From Saprolegnia diclina VS20 (taxonomy: Eukaryota), in the NCBI RefSeq assembly GCF_000281045.1, contig NW_008246119.1, positions 90,527-147,853 on the forward strand: a stretch of DNA of 57,327 bases, written 5' to 3'. The position numbers and the translations under genes were made by a program. Below the pieces are notes generated by a model. The model had not been told where the DNA came from. It saw nothing but the letters and a program-made list of their open reading frames with translations, and did no database searches. This document shows positions 1-11,474 of the stretch, piece by piece; positions within the stretch are counted from its first letter, which is position 1; the number at the start of each line of letters is the position of its first letter.

Positions 1-398
1 CCTATTTTTGGATGTCCAGATGGGTTCGCAAGTAGTGTGTGTGTGTGGCGGCGCCAGTAGACTCGATGGCCTTTGCCGGGGCAACTGCCGAAAGCGTAAA
101 ATGGTTCAGCATCCAACGAGGGCCTCCTTTACCCTTTTCTCTTCTCGCGCGCTGTGCGCAGTTTTTTATACTATTTCTGGTAAAAACATATAAAGCTTAG
201 CTTGGGAGCCTCGGGAACGCTGGATCGCTCAACTTGGCGGCCCGATTGTCAGCCACCAAGCTCGCAGATGAAACGGGAGACGCTGCTTTGACCATCAAGT
301 GTCGTTGGGTAAAAGGGATAGGATTCGCTACGTCGCTCACTCGATACTGGACACCGGACGCGGCAGTATCAGCGTCTCTCAGTAACTTGGACAAGAGT

Positions 399-3300
399 CT
401 AGGATGCGAAGAGCCACGAGGCGCGACGGGACGACGAGGGTGCCGACGCTTGCGCGACGGTCGTGAGGCATGGCTTGATCTGGTCTTCAAAAAACGAGCG
501 GAGGTGCGGTTCGAGCGCATTCGCAATGAAGTCCTCCATCGCACATTGGTCGGCCGTCTTGTACAAGCTCACAAGACTCGCCGTCACGTTAACCAGCTCG
601 CTGTTGCGGTGGCCGCGGCGCGGCGCATTTTTGTCCAAGGGAGCAGCAACAAAGCTGCGTCGGGGGCTCGCACTGTGGTGCACCATGTACGCCTGCCGCA
701 CGAGGCCGTCGACCTCTTTACGGAGTGTCCGTCGACGATCAATCTCGGTTGCCACGTCCTGCGGCACGAGAGACGAGCGGTCGCGGCGTTGCTTGCGGCG
801 ATTCACAAGCGGCGCGATCTCGACAGGCGGCTCGCTCGGCGCAGGCTCGGGAATGCGCATATGCTCGCCTGTGCCGCTCTCGCGAGGCTCTCGGCCCGAG
901 ACAATGCTCGTTGGTATCGACTGCAATTGGCTTGCGCGGCGGGGGCCGCGTGCACTGTATCCCCGAACTGGCTGCGCATGGGTGTTGGTGGGCGTGGAAG
1001 AGAATGAGCGGCGAAGCGGGGCGTCGGGGTTGGTGGTGAATCGGTCGTCTGCGGGCGAACCAACATGCGATTCGGATCGATCGGCGATCGAGGTGGCCGG
1101 CGACGGACCAATTTGGACGTGGTTGCTCAAAGACGGCAACTTGGCAAAGCTCAGCGTCCCTGCCATGCGCGAGCCAAACGATTGGCGCACACTTGGCACG
1201 AGCATGTGGACGACGCTGTGCCGCAGCTTGGAGAGCCACGGTGCGTTCAAGTCGCTCGCTTCCTTGCGGACGTTGGTCGATTGTTTTCGGTGCTTTTGAC
1301 GCTCTTCGAGGTCTTGCAAGAGGAGATAAATGCGCTCGAGCATATCGCTGATCTCATACGCGTTGTGCCAACTCCAAAACGCTTGCGAGAGCTTGGCCAT
1401 GGACGCCGGTTGCAACAGAAGGTAGAGGTTCACGTCTCCACCGGCGTTGCCCAGGACTGCTTCCAGCACCATAGAGAGCACCTCGGCGCACTTGAAGACG
1501 GTCGATCGACTCGGGTGGCCGAGCGCGTGCATAAAAAAGTTGAGATAGGACGCGTGGCGCAGCCAGAGGTCGGTGGGCACAACGCCTTCAGTGCATGCAC
1601 CGTGCAGGCTGTGCGTTACGTCCATCACGAGCTTGGGATCGTGGGTTGCGCAGAGTGTCGTGAGGATCTCGACGTACACAGTCTTGTTGAGCTGAAGGTA
1701 CTGCGACTTGTACCACTGCAAGAGAAATTGCGCCGCTTCGTACATGGCAACGTGGTGCTCCATCGCGCGGGCTTGCGCCAAGACCTCGAGGCTGCGTTGG
1801 TAGAGACCTTCGAGCGCGTCCGCGGCTTCGTCCGGACGCTCTGTCTTGGAGATCCAGTGCTTGTCTTGCACGCGGATGACGTGATAGGGCTGTGTGCCGC
1901 GCACAATGTGCCCGCTCGACCCGTCGCCAAGTGGCAACGCCATCATGAAGCTTTGGCCCTTGGACGAGACAGAGAGGCGCACGGGCATGCGTTTACTTCC
2001 TCTGCGCACGTCAATCGCGAGTACCTCTACGTACAAATGCGATAGTACATAGTGTCGGAGAGGATACGATAGAAGAGACGTAATGAGTCGTCCACAGCGC
2101 ACAAGTTGATGCGATGTTCGGATAAAAATTGGCTCTTGCGCGCAATAAGTGTGCGCTCCGGGTTGGCTTGGTCTTTTCGCCACCAATTTTCCGGCAAAAT
2201 GGCGGCCGCGTCGCGCTCGCCAATGACGACATCGCTAAACCGGTAGTTCTACGAGCATAGGGATAGGGTCGACACAAAGCCTACCAGATGAAAACGTACC
2301 TCGACGTGGCAAAACCAGAGAGTTCGAATCGCATAGATGCGGCCGAGCGGATCGCGCTTTGTGGCTTTGGCCAGTGCTTCGAGGCGCCGGTAGATCGAGG
2401 CAAACTCGCGCACATTGACTTTGGTGACATCGACGTGGAAGGCAGCGATGGCGCCAACGACGTGGGCCTGTGACGACGGGTGTTCGAGGAGCTCGAGAAT
2501 CGAAAGGTTGGGGATGTTGAACGCTCGCGCGCGACGGTCATTGAGTGTCCACGCGAGGACCCAAACCACTGGCAGCGGCGTCAGCGCGTAGTACAGCAGC
2601 TGCATGCCACCGCTCGTCGAGACGAGGACGAGCACGCAAAGGGACGTGTAAATGGAGCTGGAGAACGAGACGGCGCGAATGTTGTTGGGGACACGGCCGC
2701 TACCAATGCACTATCGCAAAAAGATCATCGTCGGTCGCATGTACAGAGGAGAACGTACGGGCTGCGTCTGGTACGTGTACACGAGCAAGAAGGACGCACA
2801 GAGGCCGAGGCATATCGTGATCCCAATCGCCGCACCAGTGACGCGTGCGAGGTCGATGGCGTTGACTAGCATTGACACCACCGGGTTGTCTATCAAAAGC
2901 AGTACAGTTGGACTCGATACACAATGAGAGGTAAACACGAACGGGTGCGGGCCATGACCATAATGACTTGGAAGCTAGTTTGAAAACGAAAGTCCATGGT
3001 CGTCGCCAACGGCTCAATGTGCGTTTTGTAATGCAACGCGCTTCCGTAAAGAAGTAGAAACCCGACGAGGCCACAGACCTACCGCGATCATTCTGCTGCA
3101 GCACCCTCCAATCGTAGTGAGTACCCCGTAAATGCCAAAACGGTCCACACACTCGCACGACGATGTGCCGGGCAGCACAATGTGATCGTACCCATCCGGG
3201 CAGGACGCAAGGCGCAAGAAGGTTGCGACAAATGGAATGTAGAGCACGTCAAATGTAACGGGGTAGGCGAATCGCATGAGCAGCGCCTCGTCTAGCATCA

Positions 3301-3888
3301 AATACAATCATCTGACAATGTGGCGACCAAGCGACTACTTTTGGTAGCGCATTGCCGGAGGAGGAGAATGCAAATGCCGCAGAAAGCAGCAAGAAGCACA
3401 TTGATCGCCTACATCAAAGATGAACACATGCTCTCCTGACGTGAAGAGACCTCGCTCGTCGTGGTGAGCATGCTAAGCATGTGGGCGAGGTTGTTGGTCT
3501 CGTTGGTGGCTTTTATTGCGACGAGAAGGGGGGTGCATGTGAACGATGGCCACTCGGCCAACATGGCGCACACCTTGAGGTACCGGAGAAGTCGCGGGCG
3601 CTTGTCCGAGTCCGAGCGTCGCTGCGAGAGGGCAACCGCGACGCCTATACGATTCGGTTGGCTAATATTCTGACACCATGTCGGCAAACCTTGGGCGAGG
3701 GGATCATGTATCCTTTTCGGGTCGAATGGAAAGAGTTTTGTGAGACCCCCTTGGCGCTGGAGCATTGCGATACCAACGCAGAGCCAAACGAGCCAAAGAA
3801 GACCGACGGGGGCGAGCACGAGCCACTTGTAGCCGCACGCTGGCCAGCCACGCTTGCGGCAGCCCACATCGGAGAAGCAGTCGCCCAT
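399..3888 (-). CDS. Uncharacterised multipass membrane protein with helical C-terminal cytoplasmic domain, paralogue A (multi-exon)
   Basis: ATG at 3888 (MGDCFSDVGCRKRGWPACG). Exons carry motifs shared with paralogues B and C: RIHDPLAQG, CAMLAEWP, YPVTFDVLYIP, TTMDFRFQTSFQVIMVMART, QP-CIGSGRVPNNIR, RIYAIRTLWFCHVE, then FLLQWYKSQYLQLNKTVY in ORF 399..2186. GT-AG introns join the pieces at equivalent positions in all three copies. Confidence 0.8.
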
Positions 3889-4480
3889 GCTCGCGACTGG
3901 GAATGACAAAACGACTGTGCGAGCTATATTTACTAGGATGACAGTGTGTAGTACCGTGTAATCACCTGTCGGCGACGTTTCAATATCATACGAACGTCTG
4001 CACAGCAGGGACGAAGACTGCCTTGGTCGACAAAGCAGTAGGGGCACTATAGCATCGTGGCATCGTTGTGTTCTGAGCTTCACGAGGGGTCCACTGCCAC
4101 AGCTGCTGGGCCGAATGGCGGGCTTTGTTGAGCCAAGCGTCAGCGCTTTGGATGTCAGCCGCACTCTCGAGCCTTCGAGGAGGAGCATGCACTCGCAACG
4201 CAGCGATCAGCTAGTAAGCAGCAACTCACTCCTACTTTGCACAAGTGACAGCAGAGTGCAAACAATGTGTACGACACTTGTCCTTTCGTTGGTCTTCTGC
4301 GTTGTGTGCGGTACAGAGAGCCGTTCGACGATGGTATTGCGCTAACCCTGTCATCGTCATTCCTCAGTGTGCCAATACTGTAGCAGGATTCATGAATTTG
4401 TTATGGTGCTCACCCAACGACGACACACAAAGCGAATCCAATATGTGACGTGTATGGGTACTTGTTGATCTACCTCAAGG

Positions 4481-7400
4481 CTATTCTTTGCGGCGGCACC
4501 AGCGCGTCCAGAAGCCTGACTTGGCCTCGGCTTCGCAGCACTCGACGAACGGCTTGACGTGCTTTTCAAAAAACGACACGAGGTCCTTGTCGAGCGTCGT
4601 GTAGATGTAGTCGTGCAGCGCACACTCTTCGGCCGTCGAGTAAATCTTCATGAGCGCGGTGAACGCGCCAAGAACACCGTGGTTGGTCGCCTTGCGACCC
4701 GATGACGAGCGCCGTCGCGACACGACTTTTGGCGTGTCTTTGAGCCACTCGACGCCGTTGACGAGCGGTTCCATGAGCATCTCTTCAAAGAGGTAGTACG
4801 TTTTTTGCAGCTCGGACTCAAAGTGGCTGCGGAGCTGTTGCCGGCGCGTGATTTCCGACAAAATCGCCGTCGTCACAAAGACATATTCGTCCGATTTGGT
4901 CGTAGGAGCGCGCGGCAACGATGGCCGGAGCAAGTCGATCGAGAGCCGACGAATGCGCTCCATCGTCGAGACCTTGCTCGTCACGCGATTCGTAGGCACG
5001 TAGCTCACCTTGCGCAGTGCGTCATCATCGTTCATCGGCGTAACGACTGCCGTCGCTCCTTCCGGCGTGCCCCCGAGCGTCGACGTGCGTGGACCTGGAA
5101 AATGCGCCACGACGCTCGGGCGCGGGCCCGCGTCGTTGACATAGACGATGGCGGCCTTGCGCGACGCCTTCCGGGGCGTCTGGCGTGTCAGCGAGCTGGC
5201 GGTGCTGTGTTCGCGCGGCGCGACCATCGACATGTTGAGCCACAGGGCCCGATCAAAGTGCGCTCCTTCCTTGTCGCGCTTGAGAAAGGACTCGTGGACT
5301 GCTCTCGAGTGCGACGAAAAATCGATCGACTGCCGGTGGTGCCACAGCTTGCGCCGCTGGTCGGCTTCGATCCGGTGGAGGCTCAAGCAGCAGCGCTCGA
5401 GCGCAACGCTGAGCTCGTACGACTCGCACCACGTGTGGAAAGCCGTATGGATCTTGCCGATCGACTCGGGTGTCAAGAGCACGAATAAATTCGTCTTTGG
5501 GTCGGCTTCGGCACATTCGAGGATCGAGACGAGGACCGTCGCGCACTGAGAGACGGTTTGTTGGCTGTTGTGCCCGAGGCTAAGCACAAAGTTGTTGAGA
5601 AACGACGTGTGTTGGAGCCAGAGCTCGGGTAAGAAGAAGCCCTCGGCGCAGAGCTTGTACACCGTGTATGTCACGTCGAGCGCGAGTTTGCGGTTCGACG
5701 TCGCGCAGAGCGTCGAGAGAATGTGGAGGTATACGGTTTTGTTGAGCCGAAGGTACTTTGTTCTGTACCACTGGAGCAAAAAGACGCCGATTTCGTGCAT
5801 AGCAACCCGGTCGTCCATCGCACAGCTTTGCGAGAGCACTTCAAGAGCCATGTGGTGCAGCAGTTCATGGTGCACCATTGCGGCTTCCGGCGCTTCGTTT
5901 TTGCAGATCCAGTGCTTGCTTCGGAGGAGAATCATAAAGTACGTTTGCTTGGCCAGCGACCGCTTTCGCGCGCACACAAGGTTGGGGTCGATTGTCGCGT
6001 TGGCCACCTTGGCATGGCGTGTTATCGGGCGGCGCAGCTTGGATTTAAAGATATCCGCGGCGCGTGTGCCCGCCTTCGTCAAGTGATGCCGGGTCGATAG
6101 CACATCGACGTCGAGCACATCTAGTATCAAAAATGGAGTGGACCCTATGGCGTGGCAGCGTACCAACGACGGACTCGATGCGGGTGAGCTTGACACGCTG
6201 CAGCGCTGTGGTGAGCGCTGTCTTGGGTGCTCTCTTTGGCCGGTCCGGATTCTCGCGGTCCTTGTAAAAGAGCGTGCACGGAATCACAAGCGCGTCGTTG
6301 GGCTCACCGATCGCACATTTTGCATTTCGAAAGTTCTAGAATATCATGAAAAATGAAAAAAATCATTGGAAAACAAACCCGAATGTAGCAAAACCAAAGT
6401 GTCCGAATCGCATAGATGCGACACAGGGGCACGCCGAGCATCGAGTGTTTGGCAATACTGTGCAAATGAAACACGATGGCTTCGTGGTCCACGTGTCGGA
6501 CCTTGGCCGCGTCCATGTACAAGGCGGCAATGGTCCCGACCATCTTGGCTTGCGGCGACCGCTCCTGGAGTAGATCCAAAATTGAGAGGTCCGGGATGTA
6601 GAAGCGCCGCGCGCGCTTGTCGTTGACATGCCACGCCAAAAGCCAAACGAGCGGCAGTGACAGCAGCGCGGCATAGAGCCCGTTGAGCGTGAGCGGTGTG
6701 AGAAGGTACACCAACACACACAGTGTTGTGTAGAGCGAGCTCGAGAACGAGAGCACGCGGATGTTGTTGGGGAGGCGGCCACTCCCAATGCACTACGCGA
6801 CAATAGATGCCTACATCCACGTCGCATCGCAAAGACTTAGTACCGGCTGCATCCGGTACGTGTAGTGGAGGAGGAAGGACACACAGACGAGGAAGCCGAG
6901 CGCGACGGGAATGGCGGCCGTTTTCTCTCCCTTGAGCTGCAGCCCGATGACGAGCACCGAGTATATGGGACTGACTATGCTCACTCCGATGATAAGCCAT
7001 CCAGAAGCGACGAGGAACGTGTACGTGTGCGGGCCATGACCATGATGATCTGAAAGCTAGTTTCAAACCGAAAGTCCATCGTGGTTCCGAGCGGCTCGAT
7101 AAACATCTTGTAGTACAGCGAACTCGCATACAAGATGACAAATCCGAGAAGACCCACAGCCTAGTCGAATGTGTGAGCGATGGCACTCGACGAGTGTAGG
7201 CATCGTACCCAGTAGAGACCGTAGCGGTTCAGACACGCGCAGGTTGCCCCGCCGGGGAGCGGGATGTGATTATACCCCTCGGGGCACGTGCCGAGACGCA
7301 CATATGTCGTCACGAGCGGAATGTAGAGCGCGTCAAACGTGATCGGGTAGACGTAGCGCCGCAAAAGTGTGTCACCTATACATACTCCTAAGATTGGACT

Positions 7401-7997
7401 GCCATGGCTATCTCCTTACGCTGCGCCGATGGCTTCATGCCCACTCGCACGCTTAGCACGAGGACGCCGCAGAAAAGCGAGAGCGCAAACGTCACCGACT
7501 AGACCAAAGGTTAGCAACCGCAGATCGTTTGGACAGTGCAAACTTCAATCAGCGTAGAGTAGGCGACAAAGATTTCTTGGCTGTAGCCTTGCGTGCCGGC
7601 CACGTTGTAGGCGAACGAAAGCGGTGTCGTCGTGAACGCCGGCCACTCGGCCCACATGGCGCAGAGTTTGACGTAGCGCAGGAGCCGCGGTGTCTGGTTC
7701 GAGCCATACCTGCGCTGTGCCAGCGCGATTGCAATGCCTGCTCATAGTGTCGAAGAGACGCGCAAGCAATGAGCTACTACCTTGTGCGAGTGGGTCGTGG
7801 ATGCGCGAGGTGTCGAAACGGCACAGATTTCGGATCGAGCCATCGCGCTGGAGCATGTACAGCCCCAGAAAGAACCAGAGCCCCCAAATGAGACCGACGG
7901 GGCCGTTGACGAGCCAGTTGAAGCCGCACGCGGGCCAGTCGGCTTTGGCGCACGCAGCGCCGTCGTCTTGCCAGTAGCACCGGAGGTCACCGGCCAT
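4481..7997 (-). CDS. Uncharacterised multipass membrane protein, paralogue B (multi-exon)
   Basis: ATG at 7997 (MAGDLRCYWQDDGAACAKADWPACG). Same motif series as A: RIHDPLAQG, CAMWAEWP, YPITFDALYIP, MDFRFETSFQIIMVMART, CIGSGRLPNNIRVLSFSSSLYTT, RIYAIRTLWFC, FLLQWYRTKYLRLNKTVY. The last exon lies in ORF 4481..6196. Tandem with A. Confidence 0.82.
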
Positions 7998-8048
7998 GAA
8001 CGACCGAGGCCAAAGTCGATGGTTGAACGAAACGTAAAAGCTAAAATT

Positions 8049-11000
8049 ATGCCTGTTCACGGGATCATGTGCATCACGCGGCTGCTCTTCCTCGTGACCG
8101 GCGCGGCTGCGACCACGTCCCTGTACGTGGACCCGAACGTCGGCAACGACGTCACGAACGACGGCAGCCTCGCTCGGCCGCTTCAAACGATTGCGAAAGC
8201 GCAAGCCGTCGTTCGCAGTCTTCTGCAAGCCCAGCAGGTATCCGGCGTCTACAGCCCGATCGACGTCGTCTTGCGGGCCGGCACGTACGAACATGATGAT
8301 CTTTGCTGATTCTATTATCGTGCCGCGTAGTCATACCGTGTCCTCGACTCTGTCGTTTGGGCCTCAAGACAGCGGCGCGTCCGCATCAGCCCGCGTCTCG
8401 TACAAGGCCTACTGCAACCCATCGGCGCCGTCCGATTTGACAGTGCTGCCGTACCCGTACATCATGAATGCGACAGCGCAGCTGCGGTACCCCAGACGAC
8501 GTGCTTGCTAGCATCTGACACAGAGTAGGTATCTCTGGAACGGCGTCAACCGTCCTTCGGCGTGGACAGGGCCCGCCGATCCGCTCGCGCAGCTGGGCAT
8601 TCGTGCACTCAGCAGCACGACGCTGCCGCCGCTCGTGCTACCGCCCGTGTGCTTTGACCTCGTTGGTGTCGGGCACACGTGCTACACAGTCGAAGCGCCG
8701 TGCGTCTCGGACTGCATGACCGCGTGTCAGCGCAACGTTGACAAGCGGATTTACTCGACCGCCGTGTACGATCAGTTTTACCTCCTCTTTGGCCGGGTAT
8801 GTCATAGTGACACGCTGTTGCTCACCGCGCGCTAGGATTTGCGCAGCGAGGACGAGTGCGTCGGGCTCTGTGTGCAAATGTGCACCACATGCGAACAAGT
8901 GCGTTGCATCCATATTGTCATGTCGTATGGCGACCCATCCCGATGCATAGCCGATTTTGTCGGGCATGCAGACCATCACGAACGGCGCGTGGACGCCATT
9001 TGTGGCGCCCGCGTGGATGGCGCCAGCGCGCCCAATCTACTCGCTCAACTTGGCCGGGCGCAATGTGCAATCGATCTCGGATGTGTACCTCAATGGCGAC
9101 ACACGCCTCCCCCGCGCTGGGTTTCCAAACGCCGTGCTGCAACCCGTAAGTCCCCGCACCGAGAAAACACGTGTTTTGTGTATACTATTTTAGAATGGAA
9201 GCTGTACATCGCAATATGCGCCGACATTTAACGGATCTGCGCGCAGCTTTGCTTTCGACCCGACCTCGTTCTCGTCCAAGTTGGCGTATTGGACAAATGT
9301 GGCATCCATGTTTATCGAAGTGCAGCTCGGCAGCGGGGCCAATGTATGGTACAGTGCCGCCAGTCTTGCGAGCAACGTGATTGGTCTGGGCGCGGGTGGC
9401 GGTACTTGCCTTATTCTATCCCAATCGTGCTAAAGAGAGCATTCTTTGTAGGTCAAGTGTCACCCCAAGTCTTTCGAAATGGTGTTCCGTGGAATGCGAC
9501 GACTGCCCGCTTTCGCGCCGAGAACATTTTCGCCGAGGTGGGCTTCTTCTCGAAATTTTGGATCTGTCATGATGACATCTCATGCGCGTAGCTGGACGCC
9601 CCCGGCGAATGGGTCCGTGCGCAAAAGATGTATCGGGTGCTAAACAACGCGTTCGACTAGTTTTACGACGCGGCAACGTCGACGCTATATCTGATTCCAC
9701 CAACTGGCGTCAGCTTGGCGTCGGCCAGCATTTCGTTTCCGACTGTGAAGCAGCTACTGCAGATCCAGGGGACGCCGGGCATCGACCTCGGCTACAGTGC
9801 ACCTGGATACTACACAATTATTACCGCTAATGAGACAGAGACGGCGGCGCCCCGGGCCCAAGCGGGTTGGACGTCCCACTTGACGTTTGACGGACTCACG
9901 TTTATGGGCACGGCACGGACCGAAATGGAGCTGTGTACGTCGATCCTCTGGGTGAGATATATTGCAAAAATGCTCTAGACGAAGCGCTACCCGGTCATCC
10001 GTGGACCCAAACACGGTGCGTGACTTCCCTTCATTCAACGTGCCTCACGCAGCAGTTTGGCGTAGCGTGGCCGCCGTGTACATTGAGAGTGCGAGGGACA
10101 TTGTGATCCGTCGATCCACCTTTACCAATGTACTACACAGCTTCCATTATCTAGCCAAAATGCGATGGCTTCATCTAGTTGCGTGGCAACGCCGTCATGC
10201 TATCGGGACGCAACCAAGAGATTCATGTGGTCCACAACCACTTCAAACAGCTTGGTGCGACAGCCGTCGCGGTCCTTCCGCGTGGCGTCACAGCCTTTCC
10301 CAACCTGTACCGCTTCGAGATCTTCCACACGATGCTCTCCAATATCTCGTTCAACCAAATCCACGACTTTGGCCTGGTGACGACCCAATCAGCAGCGATT
10401 TGGATGCTCTCGACCAATCAAACAATCGTTCGCGGCAACTTGGTCTACAATATCCCCCCGAGCGGCGTCAGCTACAGCTTTACCAACAGCAACGGAGGTG
10501 TCTATTCGATCCATTTCTATCATGCAACACCATACACGTATAGATGCCACCAAGCCGGGATACCTCTTGCGACCGCTGCCCGCGCCAGTGAGTCCCGCCA
10601 CGGTGCTGGCCAACAGTTTGAGCACCACGTACGCGGTCGTCGTCGACATTGGGCGGTTCGACATTCCTGTGGTCGCAAAGCTCATTGGTGCACCGATTTG
10701 CGCTCCGTCACAAGGACGAGGGGGCGCGCTGTACGGCCAGCAGCACAGCGGGTGTTCGGGTTGCTGTCCTACAACTTCTGGCACGAGTACGATTCAAAAC
10801 ACCGCGCTCCCGGCTGTGACGGGGCTCGCGGTGCCGCTGCGCCCTGGTGATATGCTGCAGCTGCAGGTGTCTTGACTCCGAATCAAGGAATGACTCACAT
10901 GGGTTGTTGCAGGTGACATCGGCACCGTACTATAGCGCCCCCGTCGATGTCTATGTGGGTTTTCACATTGTGACGCCCAACCGTGTCGTCGAGGTGCCCG

Positions 11001-11359
11001 GCTGGCGCTTCCACTGGCAAGTACGTACGCGTCCGTGTGTGCTTGCCACAACGACGCAAGTCGTCACCTGTGGCGGTCCCTGTGGCTGTCCATTGACCAA
11101 CATCGCGTCCACTCTAAGCTGCGCTACCGGTTTGGCACTTGGGGCACCCAATCGTAAATATTGTATGTTTTGAGCTAGGCTACGACCCTATCCCGACGTC
11201 GGTCGTCTGCGATGGTACATCACATTTGCGACAGTCGGCATTGTGATGGCAATGTGCATAGGTCCGTATGATTCTTGGAATACGTGCCAAAGCGGCGCGC
11301 TGGGTCGCGTACTCTACTACAATTGCTCGATGACATGCACGGCAACTGTGTGCACATGA
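8049..11359 (+). CDS. Secreted right-handed parallel beta-helix (pectin lyase fold, GH141-like) protein with Cys-rich insertions, multi-exon
   Basis: Signal-peptide-like N-terminus (MCITRLLFLVTGAAATT; ATG 8049 or 8067), then YVDPNVGND..GSLARPLQTIAKAQ, VVLRAGT, LSFGPQDSG..VSYKAY, VYLNGDTRLPRAGFPN, AENIFAELDAPGEW/FYDAATSTLYL, HLTFDGLTF and beta-helix rungs (NHFKQLGATAV, NQIHDFG, NLVYNIP). The spliced end reads CATGYDPIPTSVVCDGPYDSWNTC...TVCT with TGA at 11357-11359. Confidence 0.75.
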
Positions 11360-11474
11360 CGACGTCTTAGCTTTGCAACGGTAAAAGGTGCAATGTACTA
11401 CCATCGAAATACACTGCTATCAAGTTGATACATGCCGCAATGAACGCGAGGCCAATGCTCGTCGTGCAGATATC

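Noticed and set aside
3889..4188. Upstream extension of ORF 3409..4188
   Set aside because: Homology with paralogues B and C begins at Met 3888, so the extension is probably UTR or intergenic sequence.
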